A DNA stretch of 64,000 nucleotides from Candidatus Delongbacteria bacterium (GCA_016938275.1 JAFGUZ010000059.1:9977-73976); one strand, 5' to 3'. Counted from the stretch's first letter, positions 47,740-57,718 are shown. The notes: generated by a model from the sequence alone, not told the origin. Numbers and translations are program-made.

Positions 47740-48199
47740 CCACTATTTTCTTTAGTTTATTTATAGCTCTAGATAGTTTTTTACCTACAGAACTGAATTT
47801 TATCCCTGTGATTTCAGATATCTCTTTGTATGATAATTCATCTCTGTACAGTAAAATTAAAGTTCTGTCTTCTTCATTTAGCTTTTGAATTGATCTTTTT
47901 AGTATTTCAAACTTCTGCTCTTCATCACTAAGCTTAATCTCTTCATATTGATTTTCATTTAACATTGAATAATTTATATATTTCAAAAATAGCGTTGCTC
48001 TTTTGAATCTGTTTCTTGAGTAGTTTATAGCAACTTTGTAAAGCCAAGCCCTAACATTATCTATCTCACTAATTTCTTGTTTGGATAGCTTGATAAATAC
48101 ATCCTGAGCAATATCTGATGCTTCCTCAGAACATCTCATATTGAAACAAAGATAATCTCTTATCTCCTCATAGTATTTTTGATACATCAACTCAATCAA
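47732..48199 (-). CDS. ECF (group IV) RNA polymerase sigma factor
   Basis: Region 2 DIAQDVFIKL...WLYKVAINYSRNRFKR and region 4 LSYKEISEITGIKFSSVGKKLSRAINKLKK. Probably a TTG start. Confidence 0.75.
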   Translation of the reverse strand: MIELMYQKYYEEIRDYLCFNMRCSEEASDIAQDVFIKLSKQEISEIDNVRAWLYKVAINYSRNRFKRATLFLKYINYSMLNENQYEEIKLSDEEQKFEILKRSIQKLNEEDRTLILLYRDELSYKEISEITGIKFSSVGKKLSRAINKLKKIVGE

Positions 48200-48296
48200 C
48201 TACTGTAATCTCCACCATTACACAAATAAGACAATTAAGTTTTTACTTTGTGACAATGAAAGAAAAATAATTTAATTGTTTAAAGAATGAAACAAT

Positions 48297-48315
48297 CCAG
48301 CGATTTCATCGCTGG
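48297..48315 (-). terminator. Candidate terminator hairpin (CCAGCGA-TTTCA-TCGCTGG) downstream of the acyltransferase gene
   Basis: Perfect 7-bp GC-rich stem. On the minus strand it is followed by a moderately U-rich tract. It separates the acyltransferase gene from the sigma-factor promoter region. Confidence 0.35.
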
Positions 48316-48604
48316 AAAATGAGATCACCTTTTTGCTAAAATGTGTGAATAAAAAATGTTGAACTTTTGTAAAAGTTTTCTTGTTATTTATAAAAATCGT
48401 ACTTCATCGTCTCAAATTCTGCTCAGTCTTTGTTCTTTGAACTACTTGTTTCTAAAAAGCCAGTCATTAAAAACCAAGAAACCAGTACTATTACCGGCAT
48501 TAAAACTGGAACAAATACGGCACTGAAAATTGGTACACTTCACCTTATTTCTTCATTCATTTCATTTGAAATTAGTATTTTTCGTAGTTTTTGAACAACG
48601 TTGT

Positions 48605-49714
48605 CTATGTCATAGCAAATTTGAGTTTAGTTTTATGTAACAATGGTTTTTCAATATATTTATAACTAAAGAAACCAACCATTATGGTGAATAGAAGAGT
48701 CAAAGGAATCATTATAATGTTATCTATTAATGAATCATATGAAAAATAAATCCAAAACTTTCCACAAATGTTTATACTCAATATATGTGAAAGATATATA
48801 GAGTATGAAGCGTCACCAATTTTCTCTAAAAATATAGGAAAAACAAACCTGTTTTTTTCAGCAAATATCGAACAAAAAACAAAAACAAAAGCTGGAACTC
48901 CAAAAATTAAAACTCTGTTCCAGTTTTGTGGTTCGATATTTCCACTGTAAATTTTGTAAAAATTGTGGGCATAAAGTAATAAAATCAGAAAAGTGAAACT
49001 TATAATAATCAAAAAAACGTTCTTTAACAGTATATTTTTTTTATTATAAAATAAAACAGCTAAAAGACAACCTGAGATGAACTCTATTGTCAACGGATGA
49101 AAAATCAATTTAAGAAATGGATTCATAAAATCAAACAGAGTGCCAGCGAGTATAATTATCGAAGCCCAAACTAACATAGCTTTTGTGACAGATCTCTCTC
49201 TATAAAACAATAAGATTATGAAATATATAAAGTAAAAATATATTTCATGTATCAAAGTCCAACCAACCATAATCAATGGTAGTTTATCTGAAGGAAAAAG
49301 CATAAAAGATGAGACGATATTAACTTCATTTCCTTGACTAGAATTAACCATAGATGGTTTAAATAAAAAAATTATAAGGATTATCAAAGAATAGATCCAG
49401 TAAGTAGGATAAATACGAGAAATTCTATTGTATAGAAACTGGAAAGCTAATCGTATATTATTAAACTTGCCTCTACTTATCGTTACCATGACGAAACCAC
49501 TAATCACAAAAAAAAGATCCACTCCAAACATTCCAATGTTAAACAGATCTGGAATAAGGTAATTTATTCCTCCATATCTCCTTTCGATTGTGATCATATG
49601 AAAAACCACGACCAATATAACGGCAATTCCTCTCATAGATTGTATATTAGCTATCCTTCTCAAATCTATCTCCGATTTTAAAAAATGGCACTTAATGTGA
49701 CAGAAAAATTTCAA
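48605..49714 (-). CDS. Acyltransferase family 3 (OatA/OafA-like) integral membrane protein
   Basis: MRGIAVILVVVFH N-terminal motif and about 10 TM helices. Confidence 0.7.
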   Translation of the reverse strand: MKFFCHIKCHFLKSEIDLRRIANIQSMRGIAVILVVVFHMITIERRYGGINYLIPDLFNIGMFGVDLFFVISGFVMVTISRGKFNNIRLAFQFLYNRISRIYPTYWIYSLIILIIFLFKPSMVNSSQGNEVNIVSSFMLFPSDKLPLIMVGWTLIHEIYFYFIYFIILLFYRERSVTKAMLVWASIIILAGTLFDFMNPFLKLIFHPLTIEFISGCLLAVLFYNKKNILLKNVFLIIISFTFLILLLYAHNFYKIYSGNIEPQNWNRVLIFGVPAFVFVFCSIFAEKNRFVFPIFLEKIGDASYSIYLSHILSINICGKFWIYFSYDSLIDNIIMIPLTLLFTIMVGFFSYKYIEKPLLHKTKLKFAMT

Positions 49715-50918
49715 AAATTCTGTTCAATTTTTTATTTTGTTTACTATACTGTAACAACTCATTTACAGATAAAAAACTCATGTTTCTTAACAAAAATATT
49801 ATATTATTCCAGAACTCTGAATATTGATCAACAAAATTTATGATATTAGAATTTTTATATAGCAGAAATTTGATAATTAGGTTTATATTTTTTAATTCTT
49901 TATCACCGTTAACAATTAATAATCCTGCATCATTATCCATTTTAGTACTAAAGTCACAATCAATATTTTCTGAATTATTCAATATATCACATGCCGCTTT
50001 AGATATTCTATCAACATCAAAATCTTTCATACATGCTAGATTTCCACAAGGCTGAAATTCTTCCGAACATGGATAACAGCTTCTTTTTGTATGAAACCCA
50101 TAAAACTTACCACTAATTGGTGCTGTTTGATAAATATAAGCAGAAACATTATATAGACCAATGATATTTTTATTGTAGATCGCTGCAAGATGGATTGTAG
50201 ACGTATCAGCAGATATAACCAGAGATGATTTTCTTACAAGCTCTGCCAATTCATAGTAACTTGTTCTACCTGCGTAATTGATAACAGAGGATAAATCAGC
50301 AGAAATTTTATCGCCCTTATCTTGATCTAATCCAGTGAGATAGACTGGGAATTTTTTAGAAAGAACTTCTGTAAGTTGCTTCAAAAAATCTATTGGAAGA
50401 TTTCTAACCTCGGCACCTGTGTCAATATTTAGAACAACATACCCATTTTTTTCACTATCTTCTTGTGCCTTATAGTTCTGATCTCGACAATAGCTTAGGT
50501 ATAAATCAGATAGATTGATCGGAAAGATACTTCTGTCATCAGAAGTACGGAAAAGGAAATCAAAACGAAGATCATTTACAATACCTCCCAGCTCATAAAT
50601 TGGTCCTATTATCTTTTTTCCTAAATACTGTGAAATAAAATAACTCAACTCGTTACTGTTTAGATTATAGACCAGATCAAACTCATTTTGTGAAAATAGC
50701 TTCATAAAATCAAAAAGAGAACTACTAAGAGATAATCTTAAACTCACTTTTATATCAATCTTAAGAAAAGTAATATTCGGAATAATATCTGATAAAAAGT
50801 CAATTCCAATATTATCACAAACAAGTGTTAAATTATTATTTTTAGAAAGGATTTTCAGTAAAGGAACAGTCTGTAAAATATCACCAATTCTCAGAATGTT
50901 GACTACTGCAATATCCAT
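49692..50918 (-). CDS. Glycosyltransferase family 9 (LPS heptosyltransferase-like)
   Basis: N-terminus IAVVNILRIGDILQTVPLLKIL parallels WaaC/WaaF (LIVKTSSMGDVLHTLPAL), and the C-terminal half is GT-B-like. Confidence 0.65.
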   Translation of the reverse strand: MDIAVVNILRIGDILQTVPLLKILSKNNNLTLVCDNIGIDFLSDIIPNITFLKIDIKVSLRLSLSSSLFDFMKLFSQNEFDLVYNLNSNELSYFISQYLGKKIIGPIYELGGIVNDLRFDFLFRTSDDRSIFPINLSDLYLSYCRDQNYKAQEDSEKNGYVVLNIDTGAEVRNLPIDFLKQLTEVLSKKFPVYLTGLDQDKGDKISADLSSVINYAGRTSYYELAELVRKSSLVISADTSTIHLAAIYNKNIIGLYNVSAYIYQTAPISGKFYGFHTKRSCYPCSEEFQPCGNLACMKDFDVDRISKAACDILNNSENIDCDFSTKMDNDAGLLIVNGDKELKNINLIIKFLLYKNSNIINFVDQYSEFWNNIIFLLRNMSFLSVNELLQYSKQNKKLNRIFEIFLSH

Positions 50919-51373
50919 TAAATACTCATATATAAGTGAATCTTAAGATAGTATTCATCATCTACAACAAACGAAACCGAAATGTTATCAGAATCATCCT
51001 CAATAAAAACAGAATCTGTCATTTCAGGTAAACCCAGCTTGAAAGTAGAAGTTTCAGGAACCAGTTTGTCCATTAGTTTTCCAGCTATAGTGTTTGTTAT
51101 TTCATAAGCTAAATCATTTTTAACTTTTTCACTTATTTCATCATCTTCAAGTAAATATAAGTTGGAAGACATTCTTATTAAAAGATCCTCGTTAAGCTTT
51201 ACAACAATTTCACCAGGGAAAGGATGGTTTATCAACATTCTTACCATATAATTTGATTCTATCGTTACATTCTTTTCCAAGGCAATTGCGTCCATAAACA
51301 TCATCGATTCAAATATCTCTTCAATTGTTTCAACCATAGCTTGTCTTACAACATCAGTAGGAATCATCTCCAT
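50918..51373 (-). CDS. CheX/CheC-like chemotaxis phosphatase
   Basis: About 150 aa. N-terminus VVRQAMVETIEEIFESMMFMD resembles the CheX family. Confidence 0.55.
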   Translation of the reverse strand: MEMIPTDVVRQAMVETIEEIFESMMFMDAIALEKNVTIESNYMVRMLINHPFPGEIVVKLNEDLLIRMSSNLYLLEDDEISEKVKNDLAYEITNTIAGKLMDKLVPETSTFKLGLPEMTDSVFIEDDSDNISVSFVVDDEYYLKIHLYMSI

Positions 51374-51383
51374 TTATATTCTC

Positions 51384-51791
51384 CTATTTTAGAAATTCAT
51401 TTAAAGCTTTAGAAATTACAGCAGGCGAAACAGGTTTTTTGATGACAGAATAAGCCCCGTTTTCAATCAATTCAGCCTCTCTTGCAGGATTTCCCGCACT
51501 TGTTATGATTACAACTGGAATATCTTTCAATTTAGGACTTCCTTTGACCCATCTCAAAAATATACCCCCATCCATTACTGGCATATTGAAATCAGTACAG
51601 ATTAATTGTACGCTGTTATTTTTAATAATTTTTAATGCTTCTCTTCCGTTCTCTGCTTCCAGAAAAACTGAATCTGAAAACCCTATTATCTCCAGACATT
51701 TTCTAATTATCATTCTTGCCGTAGATGAATCATCTGCTATCAAAATAGTCTCAATCTTCATTGGCATATCCTTTTGAATTATATTTCCCAT
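51384..51791 (-). CDS. cheY: Chemotaxis response regulator CheY-like
   Basis: ILIADDSSTARMII...LICTDFNMPVMDG...K is a receiver domain, in a che operon. Confidence 0.8.
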   Translation of the reverse strand: MGNIIQKDMPMKIETILIADDSSTARMIIRKCLEIIGFSDSVFLEAENGREALKIIKNNSVQLICTDFNMPVMDGGIFLRWVKGSPKLKDIPVVIITSAGNPAREAELIENGAYSVIKKPVSPAVISKALNEFLK

Positions 51792-52267
51792 ATTGGCTGA
51801 CCTGGTACACTGATTTGTACAATTCCATTTTCAGAAAAAGCTGTAACTGTTCTACTGATTGTACCACCAATATCTTCAGCTACAGCACCCATTCCATAAC
51901 TCCATAAAATCTTCTTTATAGCAAGTACATTTCTCTTACCGATATTAAAAGTATTGTTTAAATCCATTACTCTTGCTCCTCCAACAAGCTTAACAATAGT
52001 CCTGTTTAAAGGAATTCGCATGCCACGACTTTTCATCATTTCAATCAAGACAGGAATACCGCTATCTGCAAAATACCCAGGTTTTTCTTCAGCTTTTTTT
52101 AAATTTATTTTTGATTCAGGTAAAGCTATATGATCCATTCCAACTAAATGTGTATAGGGATCATATATAATTACTGAAACGCAACTACCAAGAGCCATCG
52201 TTTTTACAGCTAAATCCTCTATTTTTGCAACACCGATATCACCAACACCTAGCATTATTATACTCAT
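51779..52267 (-). CDS. cheD: Chemoreceptor glutamine deamidase CheD
   Basis: ALGSCVSVIIYDP contains the CheD catalytic Cys motif (GSCV...YD). 162 aa. Confidence 0.8.
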   Translation of the reverse strand: MSIIMLGVGDIGVAKIEDLAVKTMALGSCVSVIIYDPYTHLVGMDHIALPESKINLKKAEEKPGYFADSGIPVLIEMMKSRGMRIPLNRTIVKLVGGARVMDLNNTFNIGKRNVLAIKKILWSYGMGAVAEDIGGTISRTVTAFSENGIVQISVPGQPIWEI

Positions 52268-52296
52268 ATTAACCCTTGTTTTGGATTTAAACTAAT

Positions 52297-52773
52297 TTAA
52301 CTTAAATCATCTCTTTCCAAAAGCTTTTCTATGGATAAAATGATCTTAACTTTTTCGTCAATTTTCCCCAATCCTTCTACAAAATGATTTTTACTTTCTT
52401 TGAATTTACCAGGTAAGTCAATATTATCTTCTGTAATCTCAACAACCTCTTCCACATTATCAACGATAAAGCCTATGAGAAGATCCTTGTGAATTATTAC
52501 TATAATGCATGTCGTCTCATCATATGGTCTCGCTTCCATTCCGAAACGCAAGCGAATATCGACAACAGGAATAACATGTCCTCTAAGATTTATAACTCCT
52601 TTTATGTATTTTGGTACACAAGGCACAGGCGTTATTTTAGTAATTCCAATTATCTCGCTTACTAGTTTTATATCAATCGCATAGATCTCCTTTTCTATTC
52701 TAAAAGAAAGAAAAAGATTTTCTTGCTCTTCGTTATTATCTGCTATATGAAACTGTATTTCTTCTCTTTTCAT
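52297..52773 (-). CDS. cheW: Chemotaxis coupling protein CheW
   Basis: EIYAIDIKLVSEI...PVPCVPKYIKGVINLRGHVIPVVDIRLRFG is the CheW-like domain. Confidence 0.85.
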   Translation of the reverse strand: MKREEIQFHIADNNEEQENLFLSFRIEKEIYAIDIKLVSEIIGITKITPVPCVPKYIKGVINLRGHVIPVVDIRLRFGMEARPYDETTCIIVIIHKDLLIGFIVDNVEEVVEITEDNIDLPGKFKESKNHFVEGLGKIDEKVKIILSIEKLLERDDLS

Positions 52774-52785
52774 TAGATAACTCCG

Positions 52786-55779
52786 TTAATTTTGTTCCGC
52801 AAGCTCTAAAAGAGAACCAATGTCTAATATCAAACAAATATCTCCATTTCCTAAAATTGTGCAACCTGAAATACCTTTTATTGAGCCAATATAATCAGAA
52901 AGTCCTTTTACAACGATGCTCTCCTGACTGATTATTGTGTCTACAAGTAAAGCAACTGTCTTCCCCTTATGCTCAATTACTACGATTGTTCCTTCATGTA
53001 TCTCTTTTTCAACACCTTCAATACCATGAATTCTTTTCAAACGTATAATAGGGAGAAGCTCCTGTCTAACTCTGATGTATTCACTACCGTCGGGAGATAT
53101 TGTGATATTTTTTTCATTTGCAATCAATGATTCCCTGATTGATAAAATAGGAATTACATACTCTGTAACCCCAACCTTAACTAGCATTCCATCAATAATT
53201 GCCAGAGTTAATGGAATTCTTAAAGTAAAAATAGTTCCACGATCTTTTTCAGTTGTGATGTCAATTGAACCTTTCAATTTTTCAAGATTTCTTCTGACGA
53301 CATCCATACCAACACCTCTACCTGAAATTTCTGTAACTTCATCAGCTGTAGAAAAACCAGGTTCAAAAATTAAATTGAATATCTCCTTATCTTTCAAATC
53401 CTGACCAGAGGAAATAATTCCTTTTTCAACTGCTTTCTTATAAATTCTCTCTTTATCCAGACCTCTTCCATCATCTTTTACTAAAATTTGTACTTCGCCA
53501 CTCTCGTGTCTAGCTTCAAGTGTTACATGACCAACGGAGTCTTTTCCGATATTTACTCTCTCTACTGAAGTTTCTAAACCATGATCAACTGCGTTTCTTA
53601 TTATATGAACTAAAGGATCTGAAATTTTTTCGATTACTGTTTTATCAACTTCAGTTTGTTCTCCAACAGTAGTTAACTTAACTTTTTTATTGGATTTTCT
53701 TGAAAGATCGTGAACAAGTCTAACCATTTTACTGAATAAGCCAGCTAAAGGAACCATCCTTACTTCCATGGCTATTTCCTGTAAATCTTTGATAATTCTA
53801 TTAAGGTTTGCAGATGCTTTTTCAAATTTTTCAAAGCCTTTATCGTAAACATCGGAGTTTGTTGTAACCATGGCTCCTGCAATAACTAATTCACCGACGA
53901 GATTTAAAAGAGTATCGAGTTTGTCAAGATCAACCCTAATATCAGATCTTTTAAATTCATCTTTCTTTTCAACTATTATCTCTTTTTTTGGAGCAGTTAA
54001 ATTCTTCTCAATGTTTTCATTTTTTTGTTTCTCCAGTTCGATAGTATTTTCGTCATTTTTTAATAAACTAATATCATTCTTTTGATCTTCCTGCAAACTT
54101 AAATCATCGTTCTTAGAGGTCTCATTATTTTTCACTTTAGAAACAAGCCCATCATCTTTAACTATTCTAGTTGGTTCTTCATCATTTTCAGTAATTGACT
54201 TTTGCTCAATTTTTTCAACTTTGACAGCTTGAACTTCTTTCGGTTTATTAATAGGAAATGAAAGCTTTATATTTAACTCATCCTCAAGAGATTTCATCAT
54301 ATCTTCTAGTCCAGGGATATCACCTCTTCCTCCAGAAGAAAGATTTACTATCCCTCCCTTCAAAAGATCTAACATATCAATTAAAACAGGTATTTTTGCT
54401 TTATCAGCACTTAAATCAGCATCTAACATATTTTCTAGAACAGTTTCCATTTTATGTGCGAGATTTTCGAGATCTTTGAATCCAAAGAAACCAGCATTAC
54501 CTTTGAAACTGTGAATATTTCTAAAAGCACTAGATAAAAAAACTCCATTGTCGGGATCATTCTCAATTTTCAATAAAGAATCTTCAATAATATCAATAAT
54601 CTCAAGAGATTCTGAAATAAATTTATCTTTCATTTCATCAGATATCTCAAATCTAATCTCTTCTTCATCTTCAATTTTTATTGATAATTCTTCAGGTTCA
54701 AAGTTAAGATCAATTTCAGCTGAATAAGATTTCTTCATTTCATCAATCTGAATATCTGGATTCGATATTTCGTGAGAGTCATTACAAATTTTCCCTGCTA
54801 TCAAATTATTGAGGACATCGTCAACTGATCTATTTATCCTTGTAAGCTCTTCAATAATTATCTGACTATTTTCGCTGTGTTTATTCGATTTTGATTCTAG
54901 GTATTCTATCTCTTCTCGTAAAACGTCTGTGGCTTTCATCAAGATGTCTGAATATTCTGATGTGACAAGTATTTTTTCTTTTCTTATTAGATCGAGAAGA
55001 GTCTCTGCTTCATGAGTAATATTTGTAATGATAGTCAACCCAAGGAAACTTGAGCTTCCCTTAAATGAATGAAACATTCTGAAAATTGCATTAATTTCTT
55101 CATCATCAATTTTTCTCAGTTTGTAGTAATCACAATTTTTGCAATCATCGGAGTTTAAAGAAACCTTATTAGAACAATCTGGATTGAACTCAAGAACTTT
55201 CCAACATGGTACAATAAAATCAACTTTGTTATTTAGCTTACAAGCTCTATTGGTACAAGATTGCTTCCTCCAGCATTCTGAATTCTCATATCCAACTTCA
55301 CTTAGCTTTATTAACTTTGGTTCCACTGAATCTAAAAGTTCAAAACCTTCAGTAATAAATTCATATAAAAGGTCATCATCTATCTCAACATACTCTGTAG
55401 ATTGTATTACTTTTTTTTCTTTTCCTTCAATTCTACTAGACAACTCTTCTATCTTCTTTGCAATCTCTCCTGACTTAACAGGTTTCGGATAAAAGTAATA
55501 TTCCAAGTCAGATAGCTTATCTAATTCATTTTGAGTTGAATATCCAGAAATAAGAATTATAGGAATCTTTTTTTTCTCAAATACTTTAAGTGCAAGATCA
55601 ATACCAGATATTCCAGGCATTTTTATATCTGTAATTACAATATCCGGATCAAAATCTCTGATATAACTTAGAGCTTCAGAACCATTTTCTGCAGTCTGAA
55701 TTTCATACCCCTGATTTAGGAAATATTCTCTCAATAGATCTCTAATTAATTTGTCATCATCAACTATGAGTAGTTTCAT
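52786..55779 (-). CDS. cheA: Chemotaxis histidine kinase CheA with a non-canonical domain order: N-terminal receiver, Cys-rich module, two HPt (P1) domains, dimerisation, HATPase, CheW-like
   Basis: REC at aa 1-120 (LLIVDDDKLI...IVITDIKMPG). Cys-rich segment CWRKQSC..C...C..C...CKNC at aa ~165-220. HPt motifs FRMFHSFKGSSSFLG and FRNIHSFKGNAGFFGF. ATP-binding G-boxes (DDGRGLD, GRGVGMD). C-terminal CheW-like domain. Confidence 0.85.
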   Translation of the reverse strand: MKLLIVDDDKLIRDLLREYFLNQGYEIQTAENGSEALSYIRDFDPDIVITDIKMPGISGIDLALKVFEKKKIPIILISGYSTQNELDKLSDLEYYFYPKPVKSGEIAKKIEELSSRIEGKEKKVIQSTEYVEIDDDLLYEFITEGFELLDSVEPKLIKLSEVGYENSECWRKQSCTNRACKLNNKVDFIVPCWKVLEFNPDCSNKVSLNSDDCKNCDYYKLRKIDDEEINAIFRMFHSFKGSSSFLGLTIITNITHEAETLLDLIRKEKILVTSEYSDILMKATDVLREEIEYLESKSNKHSENSQIIIEELTRINRSVDDVLNNLIAGKICNDSHEISNPDIQIDEMKKSYSAEIDLNFEPEELSIKIEDEEEIRFEISDEMKDKFISESLEIIDIIEDSLLKIENDPDNGVFLSSAFRNIHSFKGNAGFFGFKDLENLAHKMETVLENMLDADLSADKAKIPVLIDMLDLLKGGIVNLSSGGRGDIPGLEDMMKSLEDELNIKLSFPINKPKEVQAVKVEKIEQKSITENDEEPTRIVKDDGLVSKVKNNETSKNDDLSLQEDQKNDISLLKNDENTIELEKQKNENIEKNLTAPKKEIIVEKKDEFKRSDIRVDLDKLDTLLNLVGELVIAGAMVTTNSDVYDKGFEKFEKASANLNRIIKDLQEIAMEVRMVPLAGLFSKMVRLVHDLSRKSNKKVKLTTVGEQTEVDKTVIEKISDPLVHIIRNAVDHGLETSVERVNIGKDSVGHVTLEARHESGEVQILVKDDGRGLDKERIYKKAVEKGIISSGQDLKDKEIFNLIFEPGFSTADEVTEISGRGVGMDVVRRNLEKLKGSIDITTEKDRGTIFTLRIPLTLAIIDGMLVKVGVTEYVIPILSIRESLIANEKNITISPDGSEYIRVRQELLPIIRLKRIHGIEGVEKEIHEGTIVVIEHKGKTVALLVDTIISQESIVVKGLSDYIGSIKGISGCTILGNGDICLILDIGSLLELAEQN

Positions 55780-55871
55780 GTCTTACCCGTTAGTTATATA
55801 AACAAAATGGAATAACATATTGTTCAAGGTAAACCTGAAAAGGTTTAAAATCAAGAAAAATGAGCAATTTC

Positions 55872-55900
55872 TTGCTTCCTTTCATTTTCATATATATTAT
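55872..55900 (+). promoter_or_regulatory. Sigma70-type promoter (TTGCTT-17-TATTAT) upstream of ferritin
   Basis: TTGCTT at 55872-55877, 17-nt spacer, TATTAT at 55895-55900. AAGGAG RBS before ATG 55941. Confidence 0.4.
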
Positions 55901-55940
55901 CTTCTTAATATATGTCAAAATTGATTAAAAGGAGACGATT

Positions 55941-56456
55941 ATGTTAAAAAAAAATGTAGCTGAAGCACTTAACAATCAAGTTCAAGTTGAAGCTTTTTCC
56001 TCAAACCTTTATCTTGCAATGGCTTCTTGGTGTGAAGTAAATGGCTTTGAAGGTGCTGCTTCTTTCCTTTACGCTCATTCCGAAGAAGAAAGAATGCATC
56101 AGATGAAACTTTTTTCTTACATTAACAGAGCTGGAGGACATGCAATAGTACCTGAGCTAGAGAAACCTGAATCAGATTATGAAAATCTAAAGTCTATGTT
56201 TGAAAAGATTCTTGAACATGAGATATTTGTAACAGATACTATCAACAAACTTGTTGATATTTGTATCAGTGAAAAAGATTATCTAACTAACAATTTTCTT
56301 CAATGGTATATCAATGAACAATTAGAGGAAGAAGATACTTTCAAAAAAATATTAGATAAAATTAATATGATCGGTATCGATGGAAGAGGGCTTTATTTTC
56401 TTGATAACGAACTAAAAAACTTATCTTTAAGTAATAGCACTGAAGTTACTGCATAG
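55941..56456 (+). CDS. ftnA: Non-haem bacterial ferritin
   Basis: Ferroxidase-centre residues are in the Ftn pattern (E..Y...E..H...E...E): LNNQVQVEAFSSNLYLAMASW...HSEEERMHQMKLF. Confidence 0.85.
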   Translation: MLKKNVAEALNNQVQVEAFSSNLYLAMASWCEVNGFEGAASFLYAHSEEERMHQMKLFSYINRAGGHAIVPELEKPESDYENLKSMFEKILEHEIFVTDTINKLVDICISEKDYLTNNFLQWYINEQLEEEDTFKKILDKINMIGIDGRGLYFLDNELKNLSLSNSTEVTA

Positions 56457-56471
56457 TTTATAAAAAAATAG

Positions 56472-56497
56472 AGCTGATGTAAAAGTCAGCTTTTTTT
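56472..56497 (+). terminator. Rho-independent terminator (GCTGA-TGTAAAAG-TCAGC followed by a T7 run)
   Basis: Hairpin immediately after the ferritin stop, followed by TTTTTTT. Confidence 0.6.
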
Positions 56498-56680
56498 ACT
56501 GCCTGTCTAATAGGTCATTACAAGTGATTTCTGATATACATAACAAAAATATTTATTCGAATAATACTTAACGCTCAAATTTTTTAGATCATTTTAAACA
56601 GCTATCATATAGTTATGAAAGCATTTGTATAAACCATACCCAATCTTACTCGCTCAAACAATAGTACAACTACTAAAACA

Positions 56681-57718
56681 TTGTTATACTTGCAAAAAAA
56701 TATTACATTTAATCCAAAAAAAGGAGAGAAAATGACAACAAAGTTAATTGGTAAAACTAAATTGATCCTAGTTTTAATTTTGGTATTCCTGAGTTTTTTT
56801 GAATACTTGACAGCTTCCGAACTAAAGAGGAATGGTGAATTTGGAATAGCCTACGACAGATTAGAAGGCGGAGAGGGAGTATTAATCACTTATGTAAAAG
56901 AGAACTCTTCTGCTGATATTTCAGGAATTAAAACAAATGACATTATTACGAAAATTAATAATGTTAAAATTACATCTAAAGAGAGCATTACGGATTTAAT
57001 CAAAAAGTCAAAATTTAAGGCGGGAGATAAAATCAATCTTGAAATCATTAGAGAAAACAAAGTTTTAAATACTGAGCTGAATTTCATTGAGAAACCTAGA
57101 GAGTCCCATCCAGATTTCGATATAATCTACGATTTCGTTGAAGTAAATAATTCAAAACTCAGAATGATTATTACAAAACCAAAAGGTAATGAAAAATATC
57201 CTGCATTGTTTTTTATACCTGGGTTTAATGCTGTTTCAATAGACTATCCAACAGCATCAAAATCTAAAAACCCATATAAAGAATTACTGTACTACTATAC
57301 TTTAAATGGTTACGTTACATGTAGAGTTGAAAAATTTGGTATGGGAGACAGCGATCTTCCTTTAGCTGAAGATGTTGATTTTGATTCTGAAGTTTTGGGC
57401 TTTAAAAAAGGATTACAAAAACTTAAACAATTTGATTTTGTAGATAATGATAGATTATTTATTTTCGGACATAGTATGGGAGGTGTTATTGCTCCAGAAA
57501 TTTCCGAGAATGAAAATATAAAAGCAATCGCTGTGTTTGGAACATTGGGAAGAACATGGTTTGAATACTCAATCGAAAACACGAGGAATCAAGTTACTTT
57601 GAGAAGTGATGACTACAAAGCTATCGAAGAGTATTGCAGATATAATTTTAATTTTGCATCTAAATTTTATATTGACAAGCTTACGCCTAAAGAGTTGATA
57701 GAAAAGGACTCTCAATGA
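56681..57718 (+). CDS. PDZ-domain alpha/beta hydrolase (S9/dienelactone-hydrolase-like), N-terminal and nucleophile part. It appears split from 57715..58065.
   Basis: Signal/TM segment, a PDZ-like segment (GIKTNDIITKINNV), and nucleophile elbow GHSMGG. The frame ends 4 nt into the next ORF, which carries the remaining triad residues. Confidence 0.55.
   Translation: MLYLQKNITFNPKKGEKMTTKLIGKTKLILVLILVFLSFFEYLTASELKRNGEFGIAYDRLEGGEGVLITYVKENSSADISGIKTNDIITKINNVKITSKESITDLIKKSKFKAGDKINLEIIRENKVLNTELNFIEKPRESHPDFDIIYDFVEVNNSKLRMIITKPKGNEKYPALFFIPGFNAVSIDYPTASKSKNPYKELLYYYTLNGYVTCRVEKFGMGDSDLPLAEDVDFDSEVLGFKKGLQKLKQFDFVDNDRLFIFGHSMGGVIAPEISENENIKAIAVFGTLGRTWFEYSIENTRNQVTLRSDDYKAIEEYCRYNFNFASKFYIDKLTPKELIEKDSQ

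Noticed and set aside
48320-48604. 285-nt apparently non-coding stretch downstream of the acyltransferase gene containing a possible 35-aa Cys-containing minus-strand ORF (GTG start, CxxxxCxxC)
   Set aside because: It is too short and too compositionally ordinary to support as a gene by eye. No RBS/start combination is convincing. It is more likely 3' UTR plus the promoter region of the ECF sigma operon.
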